Assembly: GCA_963666425.2 (NCBI GenBank)
Contig: OY762825.2
Location: 1,440,001-1,504,000 of the forward strand
Source of the DNA: Bacillota bacterium
GTDB lineage: Bacteria; Bacillota; JAAYKD01
Reading direction: 5' to 3'
Length of the DNA: 64,000 bases
The notes under the pieces were generated by a model that saw nothing but the letters and a program-made list of their open reading frames with translations, did not search any database and had not been told where the DNA came from. This document shows, piece after piece, positions 18,183 to 28,271 of this stretch. A program made the position numbers and the translations under genes. Every line of letters begins with the position of its first letter. The stretch's first letter is position 1.

Positions 18183-19932
18183 GCTGATCCGTTCCTTTCA
18201 CAGTGGCATTGGGTTCCGATTCCGGTTCGGTTTCCGGTTGATTATTTTCTTCTTTTGGCTTTACTTTTGCCAAAATCCAGGTCAAGGCAAGAAAGGCAAT
18301 CAATCCCAGCAGGCTGCCCAAGACCAAACCCCAGCCGGTACGCTGCAGAGATAATAAAAAGGGTGTATGCAAATGCATATAGGTATTGAAGATCGAAACC
18401 TGCCCGGTGGCAGCCAGCAGCAGGGCCAGAAAACTCCAAGCCGGCTGCCAAGCCAGCAGCGGCAGGATCAGTAATACCGGATAACCGATCAGGAATTCTT
18501 TAAAACGGGGGCGCACCCCAAAGAAACGGTCCAAAGCCTGCCGCAGCCACAATTCAAAACCGCTGACGGCTCCGGTTTCATTACCGCTGCGCAGAATATA
18601 AAAACCGATGCCGGCCAGCGCAATGATACCCACGATCAGCGTTTTCCAGGTCAGGCGTTCTTTCAAACGGCTCAGCTGCTGGCCGTGTTCCGTCTGCTGC
18701 CACAGCCAATAGGCGGCAATTAAGACGAGCGGCAGCAGGTACGCCAGCTTGACACCCCGAAAACTGCGGGCTGCCAGCAAATAGGCGTTTTCCGATAAGA
18801 GGGCGTTGCCCAGGATGGCGCCGCTTAAGGTCAGGGCCGTCACAGCCAGCATGCCAAGCAATGCTGTGCGCAATTGAGTCGCTCTGCCAGGCGGCGGACC
18901 ATTGTGCCATTGCCGTAAGTATTTTTGGTAAAGGGTCAAACCCAAAGTGGGAAAGACAATCGCCGCCAGCAGCGCCATGCCTTCCAGTAAAAGATAACCG
19001 GAGATCCATAGGTTGGTATAACAAAAAGACGCCAATAAGAGCGCGCTTAAAGCAAAGGCATACAATAAGGGTTCTGAGACACGGGGGAACCAGGCGGCAA
19101 ATAGAAGCGCCGCGGCAGCCAGAATTCCTGCCGATAAATAGAGGAAGGGCTGAAATTCCACACCAACCACCGGCAGAGAGGCCGCTTTGCCTAAGGTATA
19201 ATCCTTTTCCAGGAGATCAGTCTTGGTTTGCGTGATCCACTGCTGCAGCGAAGCCAGTTCATTGCCGGCAGTCATATCCATGTGCTTAAATGGTTTGAGA
19301 AATAAAATCCTGACACTGCGGTCGGTAACCGCCAGCTGTAATTCTTCTCTGGTATCATAGGGGTAGCCGGGATGGATGCGGATGGCCTGATAACGATTGG
19401 CAGCTAAATAGTAATCCAGTCCCTCCTGCTCGCCTAAGAACTCTACAATTCCCAGCGGATGACCCGCCATGGCTAAAATTTGCGCGGCAGACAACATGGC
19501 TTCATCGTCGCCCCAGCCATAGGCTTCATAGCCGCTGAAAAATAGCTTACTGCTGTTCGGCAGCAGCAATGCGGCATAGAGAGTCGCTTGCACATCGGTA
19601 TAGCCCTTGGCCGCTAAGGTATTGGATAATTGCGGTATCAGCATCAGATCGTTGGCTTTGGCATAAGTCAGCAGATCCGCATTGGGTGCCAGGGCATCTT
19701 CATCCAGCAGAACCAGCGTCGTCATACCCCAGTCTTGCGCTTCTGCCACCAACTGCAGCGTTTCCATTTGACAGCTCGCAGCGATTGCTTGCAGATCGCC
19801 ATATTCCAAGGCAATCTCAACCGCTCGGTTTGCTTCCTCGTATGGAACCCGGATGGCTAATTGCTTGCCGGCCATAACGAGAGCCGCCACCAGCACGATC
19901 CAGAGGGGAATATAGCGCAATCGTTTTATCAT
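18175..19932 (-). CDS. DUF5693-family membrane protein (paralogue 1)
   Basis: DRSVRILFL, FRGVKL, RSGN, RPRFKEFLIGYP, NTYMHLH motifs. Confidence 0.8.
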   Translation of the reverse strand: MIKRLRYIPLWIVLVAALVMAGKQLAIRVPYEEANRAVEIALEYGDLQAIAASCQMETLQLVAEAQDWGMTTLVLLDEDALAPNADLLTYAKANDLMLIPQLSNTLAAKGYTDVQATLYAALLLPNSSKLFFSGYEAYGWGDDEAMLSAAQILAMAGHPLGIVEFLGEQEGLDYYLAANRYQAIRIHPGYPYDTREELQLAVTDRSVRILFLKPFKHMDMTAGNELASLQQWITQTKTDLLEKDYTLGKAASLPVVGVEFQPFLYLSAGILAAAALLFAAWFPRVSEPLLYAFALSALLLASFCYTNLWISGYLLLEGMALLAAIVFPTLGLTLYQKYLRQWHNGPPPGRATQLRTALLGMLAVTALTLSGAILGNALLSENAYLLAARSFRGVKLAYLLPLVLIAAYWLWQQTEHGQQLSRLKERLTWKTLIVGIIALAGIGFYILRSGNETGAVSGFELWLRQALDRFFGVRPRFKEFLIGYPVLLILPLLAWQPAWSFLALLLAATGQVSIFNTYMHLHTPFLLSLQRTGWGLVLGSLLGLIAFLALTWILAKVKPKEENNQPETEPESEPNATVKGTDQHA

Positions 19933-20174
19933 CGTTTCTCCATCTCCAGCAATTCTTTTCCATGCTTGATCCTATTTCTTGCCCACTCAGGCATAATGAT
20001 TATGGTTTCCACCTCTGCGCCGGAAAACCCTTTTTCCTGCGCTGCCTTTCTCTGCTTCAGCACGGCCAATTGCGCGCACCTGCTCGCGCTGGTCAAGCCG
20101 CTGAAAAGATGCTATACTAATGGTGTGATACAAAATAAAGACAGCAGCGCAGCACTGCGCTGATCAAAAATGAG

Positions 20175-22412
20175 GTGTTTCTTATGGCGAAAACATTGGT
20201 TCTGGCCGAAAAGCCGTCAGTCGGACGCGAATTGGCTCGGGTCCTGGGCAGCAATCAGAAAATGAACGGTTATCAGGAAGGTCCGCGCTATCTGGTGACC
20301 TGGGCTTTGGGCCATCTGGTGACCCTGGCAACCCCGGAAGAATACGATAAAAAATATGAAAAATGGGAACTGGAGGTGCTGCCGATCATCCCGGAACCGA
20401 TCAAGCTGGTGGTGATTCCGGAAAGCGCCCGTCAGTACAACGTTGTCAAACAATTGATGCAGCGGCCGGATGTGACCGATCTGGTGATTGCCACCGATGC
20501 CGGCCGCGAAGGAGAATTGGTTGCCCGCTGGATCATGGAAAAAGCCAATTGGCGTAAACCGGTGCAGCGCCTATGGATCTCTTCCCAAACCGATCTGGCC
20601 ATCAAAGAAGGCTTTCAAAAATTGAAGCCTGGCCGGGAATACGAAAACCTCTATCATTCCGCCCAGGCGCGCTCGGTTGCCGACTGGTTGGTTGGCTTTA
20701 ATGTTTCCCGTGCTCTCACCTGCCGCTACAATGCCCAACTTTCGGCCGGACGGGTACAGACGCCCACTCTGGCTATGATTGCAGGCAGAGAAGAAGAAAT
20801 CCGCCGCTTCCAACCGCAGCCCTTTTACACCATCACCGCCCGCTGCAACGGCTTTACCGCCACCCGGCGCGATCACAGCAACAATACAAGACTCAGCGAT
20901 CTTGCCTTAGCGGAAACAATCACCAATAAATGCCGTCAGGCCAAACAGGTTCAGGTCAGGCAGATTAAAAAAGAGCAGAAGCGGGAAGCACCGCCTTTGC
21001 TGTTCGATTTGACCGAACTGCAGCGGGAGGCCAACCGCCGTTTTAGTTATACCGCCAAGCAAACCCTGCAATTCATGCAGCGCTTATACGAAGAGCATAA
21101 ACTGCTCACCTATCCGCGCACCGATTCGCGCTATTTAAGCAACGATATCCTGCCTACTTTAAATTTACGCCTGCGTTCGCTGGCCGCTTCGGCCGCCTAC
21201 GGCAAACTGGCGGCGCCGTTTGTCAGCAAAAAAATCACCGCCAAACCGCGCTTTATCAATGATGCCAAGGTGACCGATCACCATGCTATTATTCCCACCG
21301 AACAGCCGGTCAATTGGCTGAATCTGACCGCCGATGAAAAACGCATCTACGATCTGGTCGTCCGCCGCTTTTTGGCCGTGCTCAGCGAAGATTTTCTCTA
21401 CGAGCAAACCGAAGTCACGCTCGATTTGGCCGCTGAGATTTTCACCGCCCGCGGTAAAGTGGTGACTTCAGCGGGTTGGAAAAATATCTATGACCAAAGC
21501 TTGTTTAGCAGCAATGAGGAATCGGACGACGAAGAGGAGGAGGAAGAGGATCGCAAGGACAAGCAGCAAACCCTGCCGCCGCTGCAGGAAGGTCAGCGCC
21601 TGCCTGTAACGGAAGTGCAGCTGCTGACCGGCAGCACCAAACCGCCCAAGCGTTATACCGAAGCCACCCTGCTTTCGGCCATGGAGCACCCGGCCAAGTT
21701 TATGACCGACAACAAACTGCAGAGCATCATCGAGGAAGTCAACGGCATCGGCACCCCTGCCACCCGTGCGGAAATTATCGAACGTCTCTTCACCGCCAAT
21801 TACTGCGAGCGGCGCGGCAAAGAGATTTTTCCGCTCAGCAAAGGCGAGCAGCTGCTGAAATTGGCTCCTTCCGATCTGAAATCCCCCACCCTGACGGCAG
21901 AATGGGAACAGAAACTGACGCTGATCAGCAAGGGTACGCTGAAAGACAAGACCTTTATCGACGAAATGAAAGCATATACCCAAAAGCTGGTCAACGATGT
22001 CAAGCAGTTTGTGGGTGATTACCATCATGATAATATGACCCACACACGCTGCCCCAACTGCGGCAAATTCCTCTTGGAAGTCAACGGTAAGAAAGGCAAA
22101 ATGCTGGTCTGCCAGGATCGGGAGTGCGGTTATCGCGAAAACCTTTCTTTCCTGAGCAATGCCCGCTGCCCCAATTGCCATAAAAAGCTGGAAGTCTTCG
22201 GCGACGGCGAGAAAAAGATCTATTCCTGCAAATGCGGTTTCCGGGAAAAATACGATCGCTTCAATCAGATGCTGTCCGAAAATAAGCAGCATGCATCCAA
22301 AGCGGAGATTCAGCGTTTCGAGCAGGAACAGTCTCGCCGCAATGCCGCCAGCGATACGTCGGCGTTTGCCTTGGCCTGGCAAAAAGCCCACGAGAAAGAA
22401 GAAAGCAATTAA
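20175..22412 (+). CDS. topB: DNA topoisomerase III
   Basis: LAEKPS, ATDAGREGE, SAGRVQTP, catalytic TYPRTDS, GTPATR, C-terminal zinc ribbons. Confidence 0.93.
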   Translation: MFLMAKTLVLAEKPSVGRELARVLGSNQKMNGYQEGPRYLVTWALGHLVTLATPEEYDKKYEKWELEVLPIIPEPIKLVVIPESARQYNVVKQLMQRPDVTDLVIATDAGREGELVARWIMEKANWRKPVQRLWISSQTDLAIKEGFQKLKPGREYENLYHSAQARSVADWLVGFNVSRALTCRYNAQLSAGRVQTPTLAMIAGREEEIRRFQPQPFYTITARCNGFTATRRDHSNNTRLSDLALAETITNKCRQAKQVQVRQIKKEQKREAPPLLFDLTELQREANRRFSYTAKQTLQFMQRLYEEHKLLTYPRTDSRYLSNDILPTLNLRLRSLAASAAYGKLAAPFVSKKITAKPRFINDAKVTDHHAIIPTEQPVNWLNLTADEKRIYDLVVRRFLAVLSEDFLYEQTEVTLDLAAEIFTARGKVVTSAGWKNIYDQSLFSSNEESDDEEEEEEDRKDKQQTLPPLQEGQRLPVTEVQLLTGSTKPPKRYTEATLLSAMEHPAKFMTDNKLQSIIEEVNGIGTPATRAEIIERLFTANYCERRGKEIFPLSKGEQLLKLAPSDLKSPTLTAEWEQKLTLISKGTLKDKTFIDEMKAYTQKLVNDVKQFVGDYHHDNMTHTRCPNCGKFLLEVNGKKGKMLVCQDRECGYRENLSFLSNARCPNCHKKLEVFGDGEKKIYSCKCGFREKYDRFNQMLSENKQHASKAEIQRFEQEQSRRNAASDTSAFALAWQKAHEKEESN

Positions 22413-22413
22413 G

Positions 22414-22510
22414 CAAAAAAAGCACCCGTCCGATGAGATACCAACCGGCAGTTCCCTCTGAAAAGAGGCAGCTGCGCCGGATCGTTCTCACTGGGCGGGT
22501 TTTTTTGCCG
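22414..22510. terminator. Long bidirectional hairpin between convergent genes
   Basis: GCAAAAAAAGCACCCG..CGGGTTTTTTTGC with an extended inner stem. Confidence 0.6.
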
Positions 22511-22547
22511 CTTTGCTCAAGGGGGAAAAAGCCAGACGGCGCTTGAA

Positions 22548-23402
22548 CTAGGACGTTACCTTGAATTTGGGCTGCGCATCGGTCGCCAGCAAGCGCTGCC
22601 AGAAAGGGCTGCAGGCTTTTACCATTACCGGGACAAATTCCGTAAAGCTTTGCAGCAGCGGGCGCAAACTTGAATAATGCTGAAAAGGGTATTGCGCAAA
22701 CACTTGGCTGCAGGCTGCTGAGATTTGGCTGATTTGCGCCGCAAAGGGTGTATCCCGCAGCGGCTGCAGAATATTTTCTCGTTCGCTGCAAGAATCCAAA
22801 GCCAGGGAGCCGCAGAGATAAATGCAGGCTAAGAAGGTCGCTTCAAAATGTGCTTTACGTTCTTCCTGTCGATTGGCAGAGAACGAGGTCATCGTGCGGG
22901 CCAATAACCGCTGTTCGGATAGCAAACCGGTGGTTTTTGCCTGCAGTAACTGCAGCGGTTCCGATTCCGCTGCCATGCGGGTGGCGTAATATTCATCCCA
23001 GACGCGGTAAAAAAAAGTCGTATAATCGGAAACAGCGGCATAAAACTCCCCTGAGATACTGCCCCGGATGGCCTTGAGTCGATTGTTGTTGTCGACATGC
23101 GCCAACTCATGCTCTACCGTATTCTGCAGCAAACGGTTCGCTTCCCGATCCTGCCAGCTGTTTTGCCACAGCACTTCAGAGATGAGAATATAGGATTCAC
23201 CATTTTTGCGGCGAATGAACTCACCGCCGTATTGGCTTAAAAAAAGCTTGGGGGTAAAGAGAATGCCGCTCAAACCGCTTAAATCCAGCGCTCGGCTGAG
23301 GACAAAGGGTTCCAGCCACTGACGAAGCAGTTGGCTGCGTTCCGGGTCTTCCCGGTAGGCAGTATCGTCCACGGCAACAAAGCAAGAAAAGCGATCGCTC
23401 AT
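22548..23402 (-). CDS. Hypothetical protein with HExxH zincin-like motif
   Basis: EHELAH followed by WDEYYA; overlaps the AI-2E gene stop. Confidence 0.6.
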   Translation of the reverse strand: MSDRFSCFVAVDDTAYREDPERSQLLRQWLEPFVLSRALDLSGLSGILFTPKLFLSQYGGEFIRRKNGESYILISEVLWQNSWQDREANRLLQNTVEHELAHVDNNNRLKAIRGSISGEFYAAVSDYTTFFYRVWDEYYATRMAAESEPLQLLQAKTTGLLSEQRLLARTMTSFSANRQEERKAHFEATFLACIYLCGSLALDSCSERENILQPLRDTPFAAQISQISAACSQVFAQYPFQHYSSLRPLLQSFTEFVPVMVKACSPFWQRLLATDAQPKFKVTS

Positions 23403-24610
23403 TCTATTTCGTCTCCGTTGTTTTTTTCGTTTTCTTCGTTTTCTGCGAGCGCGGCAAACAGGTTTTTCTCATAGAGATGCTTCTCGTCCAGGCGGGCGTG
23501 CACAATTTCCCGCAGTAAAGCGTAGAGTACCGAGACCAGAGGAATGAACAGAAGCATTCCCCAGATGCCCCACAACGTGCCGCCCACGCTGACAGCCAGC
23601 AGTACCCAGATAGCCGGCAGGCCGACGGAATTTCCCATCACCCGCGGATAAATCAAATTGCCTTCCACTTGCTGCAGAACCAGGAAGAGAATGAGAAACC
23701 AAAATGCCTTGAGGGGATCGAGCATTAAAATCAGGAAAGCGCCGATCACACAGCCAATAAAAGCGCCGAAGACCGGAATAATCGCCGTAAAGCCAATGGT
23801 CACGCTAATCACCAGGGCATAGGGGAAACGGAAAACCGTCATACCAATTAAAAACATCATGCCAAGGATGAAGGCTTCCAGGCATTGTCCGGAGAGAAAA
23901 CTGGCAAAAATCTTAGAAGATAGGGTACAAATTCGCAAGATGTTTTCGGTATGGGAACGCGAAAGAAAAGCATACAGCATTTTAGTTACTTGCCGACCCA
24001 ATTCTTCCTTTTGCAGCAGCAGATAAATGGCAAAGACGATGGACAGCACAAAGGTCAGCATACCGCTGAAAATAGAAGTGACGACCGAAACGGTTGAGTT
24101 AAAAATACCGCCTAAGGAGGTTTCGGCAAATTTAGAAATAGCACTATAAATACTGTTCCAATCAAACTGTAGGTCTCGCACCCATTTCACCGCATCCTGG
24201 AATTGCCAGGATGCCAAAGAGTCTTCCAGCCAGATTTTAAATTGATCGAAATAGCCCGGCAGGTTTTTTTTCAGGACCATTAAGGTATCCGTCAGTTCCG
24301 GAACAACCGCAACCATGACAATGGCAATGATGGCAGTCAGGAAAATCACGGTCAGCAGAAGGCTAAGCACGCGGTGGCATTTTTTGGGCAGGGGCAGTCT
24401 GCGCTTGCTGAAAATTTCCCGCTCCACTGTTTGCATCGGCACATTGACAATAAATGCGATGATGCAGCCCAAAATAAAAGGGGCCAGTAATCGAATGAAG
24501 AGGAGAAAAAAACGCCAAATCGCGTGCAAATTCTGCAGTCCCCAGAGCAGCAGAATACCGGCTGCAATGATCTTAAACCAATACATGAAATCATGTTGAT
24601 TGTTGTCCAT
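23399..24610 (-). CDS. AI-2E family transporter
   Basis: PFILGCIIAFIVN, IPVFGAFIG, QQVEGNLIYPRVMG. Confidence 0.9.
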   Translation of the reverse strand: MDNNQHDFMYWFKIIAAGILLLWGLQNLHAIWRFFLLFIRLLAPFILGCIIAFIVNVPMQTVEREIFSKRRLPLPKKCHRVLSLLLTVIFLTAIIAIVMVAVVPELTDTLMVLKKNLPGYFDQFKIWLEDSLASWQFQDAVKWVRDLQFDWNSIYSAISKFAETSLGGIFNSTVSVVTSIFSGMLTFVLSIVFAIYLLLQKEELGRQVTKMLYAFLSRSHTENILRICTLSSKIFASFLSGQCLEAFILGMMFLIGMTVFRFPYALVISVTIGFTAIIPVFGAFIGCVIGAFLILMLDPLKAFWFLILFLVLQQVEGNLIYPRVMGNSVGLPAIWVLLAVSVGGTLWGIWGMLLFIPLVSVLYALLREIVHARLDEKHLYEKNLFAALAENEENEKNNGDEIE

Positions 24611-25010
24611 AGCGGTTTCACTCCCATCCTATCGATTTCTATTTTTATCATTCATGCACGACAGTTATTCTTAAATATCTTAATTCGTTCCGATAACTGC
24701 CATTTCCTGCAAAAGCAAATCAATACCTGTTTTTCTACCCTGCTTCTTGCTCCGGTATGTTCCAGAAAAAAGCGTTCTTCTGTCTAATTCCTACGCATTA
24801 ATCAGCAATTTATAGTAAGTAAATATAAATATAATATTTTTTAATTTTGTTTTAAATATTAATTTATTCAGCAAGAAATTCGTAGCAACTATTCGCCCTG
24901 TCAGAATATTAACATTTAATTTTCAATAAAAATCGTCTGATTTTTCAATTTTACCATACAATTGACATAATTCTGCTTGCTTTTTTTTCATACTAATTTA
25001 ATTAAATTCC

Positions 25011-25039
25011 TTGACATTACACCATATAAGCGATAAGCT
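25011..25039 (+). promoter_or_regulatory. Sigma-A promoter upstream of the DUF6754 operon
   Basis: TTGACA-N17-TAAGCT. Confidence 0.55.
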
Positions 25040-25120
25040 AGGCTTCGTAAAGTGCCAGTATCCTAAAAAACTTTACAAAGGTAATCCATATTGCTGCGCT
25101 CATTCTGATCATCGTGCGTC

Positions 25121-25170
25121 GGAGGGGGGTGAAGTCTATCGTGTAGATGGCTTGACTCCCCCTTTTTTTA
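25121..25170 (+). terminator. Terminator-like hairpin in the 5' leader (possible attenuator)
   Basis: GGAGGGGGGTGAAGTC..GGCTTGACTCCCCC followed by a T run, ~45 nt before the first start codon. Confidence 0.55.
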
Positions 25171-25212
25171 ATCCCTTCATTCAAGACAGCAATAAAACCG
25201 GAGGTGACTTTT

Positions 25213-25992
25213 ATGCCTATTTTCAGTGGTCAATTGATTGTGATGCTGATCCAAGTATCCATCGCTGTCGCGATCTATTTTCTGATTCAACATGCGAAAG
25301 CAGGTCATCGTCTTCCTAAAATCCGACGCTTAGCCGGTCTGGATGCCATCGATGAAGCCATCGGCCGCGCAACCGAAATGGGACGTCCTGTCATTTTTGC
25401 CAATGGTTCCAATGGTTTGGATGATGCGCAGACAATCGCTTCTTTCCCCGTCTTATCTTATGCCGCTCATGCCTGCGCCAGATACGATACAAAGCTGATT
25501 GCCGTCAGCTATGTGGCTGCTGTTTTTCCGGTCATGGAAGCAATCGTACGTGCCAGCTATATTGAAGCAAATAAACAAACTTCCTATGACCCCGTCAGTA
25601 CTGTCCGCTTCATTGCATCCGGTTGGGGTGCAGCTGCTTCTGCCTTACAGGGGACGATGCGCCGCGAACGGGTCGCAGCCTGTCTCTACATGGGTGCTTT
25701 CTTCGCTGAAACTACAATGATTTGCGAAGTAGGCGCAAGTCTGGGTGCCATTCAAGTGGCAGGAACAGCGCAGACGGCTCAGTTGCCTTTCATGATTTCT
25801 TCCTGCGATTATACCTTGATCGGCGAAGAATATTATGCCGCCGGCGCTTACCTCTCCAAGGATGTTGTGCAGAGGGCGAATCTGATTGCCCTGGACTATG
25901 CCAAGGTGTTTGCAATCGGTTTGATCCTGCTCGGAGCACTGATGGCCACTTTAGGAAATGCCACTGCTCTGATCAGTTTTCTGATGTTATGA
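25213..25992 (+). CDS. DUF6754-like membrane protein
   Basis: IRRLAGLDAIDEAIGRATEMGRP, QLPF, DYTLIGEEYYAAGAYLS; TM segments at both ends; RBS GGAGG. Confidence 0.75.
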   Translation: MPIFSGQLIVMLIQVSIAVAIYFLIQHAKAGHRLPKIRRLAGLDAIDEAIGRATEMGRPVIFANGSNGLDDAQTIASFPVLSYAAHACARYDTKLIAVSYVAAVFPVMEAIVRASYIEANKQTSYDPVSTVRFIASGWGAAASALQGTMRRERVAACLYMGAFFAETTMICEVGASLGAIQVAGTAQTAQLPFMISSCDYTLIGEEYYAAGAYLSKDVVQRANLIALDYAKVFAIGLILLGALMATLGNATALISFLML

Positions 25993-26055
25993 TGAAAAAT
26001 CAAAAGCAATTTGGTCATTCTTTTCTTACTTGGATGAGGGAAAGGCAGGTGTCCT

Positions 26056-26673
26056 ATGCTTAAGCGTTATCTTCCATTCATTATGTCGATTGGCATTGGT
26101 TTGTCTTACATCATCAGTGGGTCTTCGCCGGCCATTGCAGGCTGGAAAACCACTTTGGATAAATGGTTTCAAATCTCCACCGCTTTTGCGGTTTTAATTG
26201 GAACCGTCAGTTTATCCCAGGTCCATTGGCGTAATCTACGCCGACCGGACCGGCGAATTTACAGTGCTGCTCTGGGTATTGCTTTATATGGTACCATTCT
26301 ACTTGGCTTGATTCAAACAGGTAAAGGTGCCCAATATCAAACTTGGTATAATATGACGATTGTACCTTTGGAAGCTGCAATCCTCTCCCAAATTGCATTT
26401 TATATCACGGCTGCTGCTTTCCGTGTGCTGCGGATACGCTCCTTTGAAGCGTCCCTGATGCTGATTTCTGCCGTGTTTGTCATGCTATATAATGTTCCGA
26501 TCGGCGCAGCTATCTGGCCTGGCTTCCCGGTCATCGGCAAATGGCTGATGAGTATACCAAATACCGCAGCAATGCGCGCCATCACCATGGGCGCAGCGTT
26601 GGGAGGTTCAGCTACAGCAATCCGCGTTTTTCTTGGTCTGGAACGTTCCTATTTAGGCGGCGGTGATGAGTAG
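26056..26673 (+). CDS. Uncharacterised multi-pass membrane protein (DUF6754 cluster)
   Basis: ~5-6 hydrophobic segments; AAFRVLRIRSFEA, PNTAAMRAI..GLER. Confidence 0.75.
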   Translation: MLKRYLPFIMSIGIGLSYIISGSSPAIAGWKTTLDKWFQISTAFAVLIGTVSLSQVHWRNLRRPDRRIYSAALGIALYGTILLGLIQTGKGAQYQTWYNMTIVPLEAAILSQIAFYITAAAFRVLRIRSFEASLMLISAVFVMLYNVPIGAAIWPGFPVIGKWLMSIPNTAAMRAITMGAALGGSATAIRVFLGLERSYLGGGDE

Positions 26674-26693
26674 AAATGAAAGGAGGGAGTTCA

Positions 26694-27551
26694 ATGTCCT
26701 TTTGGCGTAAACTAAATCAGATGGATAACCGGATTATTTATACCGCATTATTACTGATATTGATCGGCGCTCTGATCTTCCCAATGGGCCTTCCGATCAC
26801 CATTGGAACTTCTTCTCAGGCCGCCTATGATATATTCAACAATTTCAAAACTGGTGATATCTTATATGTCTCTTTTGATTATGATTCAGCCGGAGCGACT
26901 GATATCCAGTCCTCTGTTGTGTCATGCATCCGGCTTGTTTTTAAAAATGGTGGTCGGGTGGTAGCAGGCGCCCTATGGCCGATTGGTGCGCAGCAAGCTG
27001 AATACGCCTTTCGTGATATGCTGAAAGAATTTCCGGACTTGGTCGAAGGTGTCGATTATCTCAATCTTGGTTATAAACCCGGCGGACAAATGTATATCGA
27101 AAAAGCGATGGATAGTATTGTGGAAGCTTGTGCCAATGTTGATAATGCCGGCCGTAATCTATCGCAGTCTCCCATTATGAAGGACTTAAAAACACTGAAA
27201 GACGCTGCTGCCGTCATCTGCGGCAATCATGGCTCCCCCGGCGCTTCAGAATGGGTACCCATGTATGCGACATCTTATGCGGTACCGAACAAGATTCCTT
27301 TTGTTGTCTGTGCCTCGGCAGTCAATGCGACGATTAACGCACCTTATGTGCAGTCCGGTCAGATCACTGTCTATCTGAGCGGCATCCGCGCCGGTGCAGA
27401 AATGGAAATCCTAACCGAGCATCTGGGCAATGCCGTTGCCGGTATGGATGCGCAGAGTCTGTCTCATCTCTTGGTTCTTGGCTTGATGCTGTTGGGTAAT
27501 ATTTCCTATTTCATGGTTAAAAGAGAAGAGAAAGCCAAAAAGGAGGCGTAA
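26694..27551 (+). CDS. Uncharacterised membrane-anchored protein with soluble alpha/beta domain (DUF6754 cluster)
   Basis: DNRIIY..TM, SFDYD, GVDYLNLGYKPG, PYVQSGQ, GAEME..MDAQSLSH..TM. Confidence 0.75.
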   Translation: MSFWRKLNQMDNRIIYTALLLILIGALIFPMGLPITIGTSSQAAYDIFNNFKTGDILYVSFDYDSAGATDIQSSVVSCIRLVFKNGGRVVAGALWPIGAQQAEYAFRDMLKEFPDLVEGVDYLNLGYKPGGQMYIEKAMDSIVEACANVDNAGRNLSQSPIMKDLKTLKDAAAVICGNHGSPGASEWVPMYATSYAVPNKIPFVVCASAVNATINAPYVQSGQITVYLSGIRAGAEMEILTEHLGNAVAGMDAQSLSHLLVLGLMLLGNISYFMVKREEKAKKEA

Positions 27552-27554
27552 AGC

Positions 27555-28196
27555 ATGCAGCTTTCAACAAGTTTTGCCGTATGGTTGACAGCGGGAATGA
27601 CTTTAGCGATTTATAGCGGCGTCTATAAAGAAAATCCATTTTATCGGCTCGTTGAACACATCTATGTTGGTGTTTCCGCCGGCAACGGTGTAGTTTCTAC
27701 CATTGACAACTATATCCGTCCAACGATTCAAATCGATCTTGCTGAAAATGGCACCTGGACCTATTTGATTCCGATCTTTATCGGTTTATTTGTTTATGCC
27801 CGATATAGCAAAAACCGTAAGATCAATTGGTTAAATCGTATCCCCCTGGCTTTTTGGGTCGGTATCGGTTCCGCAGTGGTGATCACGAAAGCCTTTAAGG
27901 CGAATTTCCTTTCTCAGATCACGGCTACTTTCCTGCCGGCTGTCACGAACAACCCTTTGACGATGTTCAATAACATTCTGATGATTGTTGGTGTCGTTTC
28001 TGTATTATCCTATTTCTTCTTTACTTTTGAAATGCCCAAGCCTTTAAAAGTAATGCCGAAATTTGGTCGTTACATTATGATGATCGGGTTCGGTGCTGCT
28101 TACGGCAATACAGTGCTGTCGCGTATTTCTGTTTTGCTTGGCCGTTTGCAATTTTTATTGGGTAATTGGTTGGGAATCATCCAAACCAGGGTCTAA
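27555..28196 (+). CDS. Uncharacterised multi-pass membrane protein (DUF6754 cluster)
   Basis: TLAIYSGVYKENPFYRLVEHIYVG, LSYFFFT, MIGFGAAYGNTVLSR. Confidence 0.75.
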   Translation: MQLSTSFAVWLTAGMTLAIYSGVYKENPFYRLVEHIYVGVSAGNGVVSTIDNYIRPTIQIDLAENGTWTYLIPIFIGLFVYARYSKNRKINWLNRIPLAFWVGIGSAVVITKAFKANFLSQITATFLPAVTNNPLTMFNNILMIVGVVSVLSYFFFTFEMPKPLKVMPKFGRYIMMIGFGAAYGNTVLSRISVLLGRLQFLLGNWLGIIQTRV

Positions 28197-28271
28197 TCGG
28201 GCCAAGAAAGGAGCTCGAGCGTTTTCGTTCCGGCTCCTTTCATCCATCCAGGGATAAAAACAGAAAGAAGG

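Noticed and set aside
21510-21560. Poly-acidic tract in TopB
   Set aside because: Acidic loops at this position are common in Bacillota topoisomerase III.
24900-24950. CodY-like boxes upstream of the DUF6754 operon
   Set aside because: Several mismatches to AATTTTCWGAAAATT in very AT-rich DNA; expected by chance.
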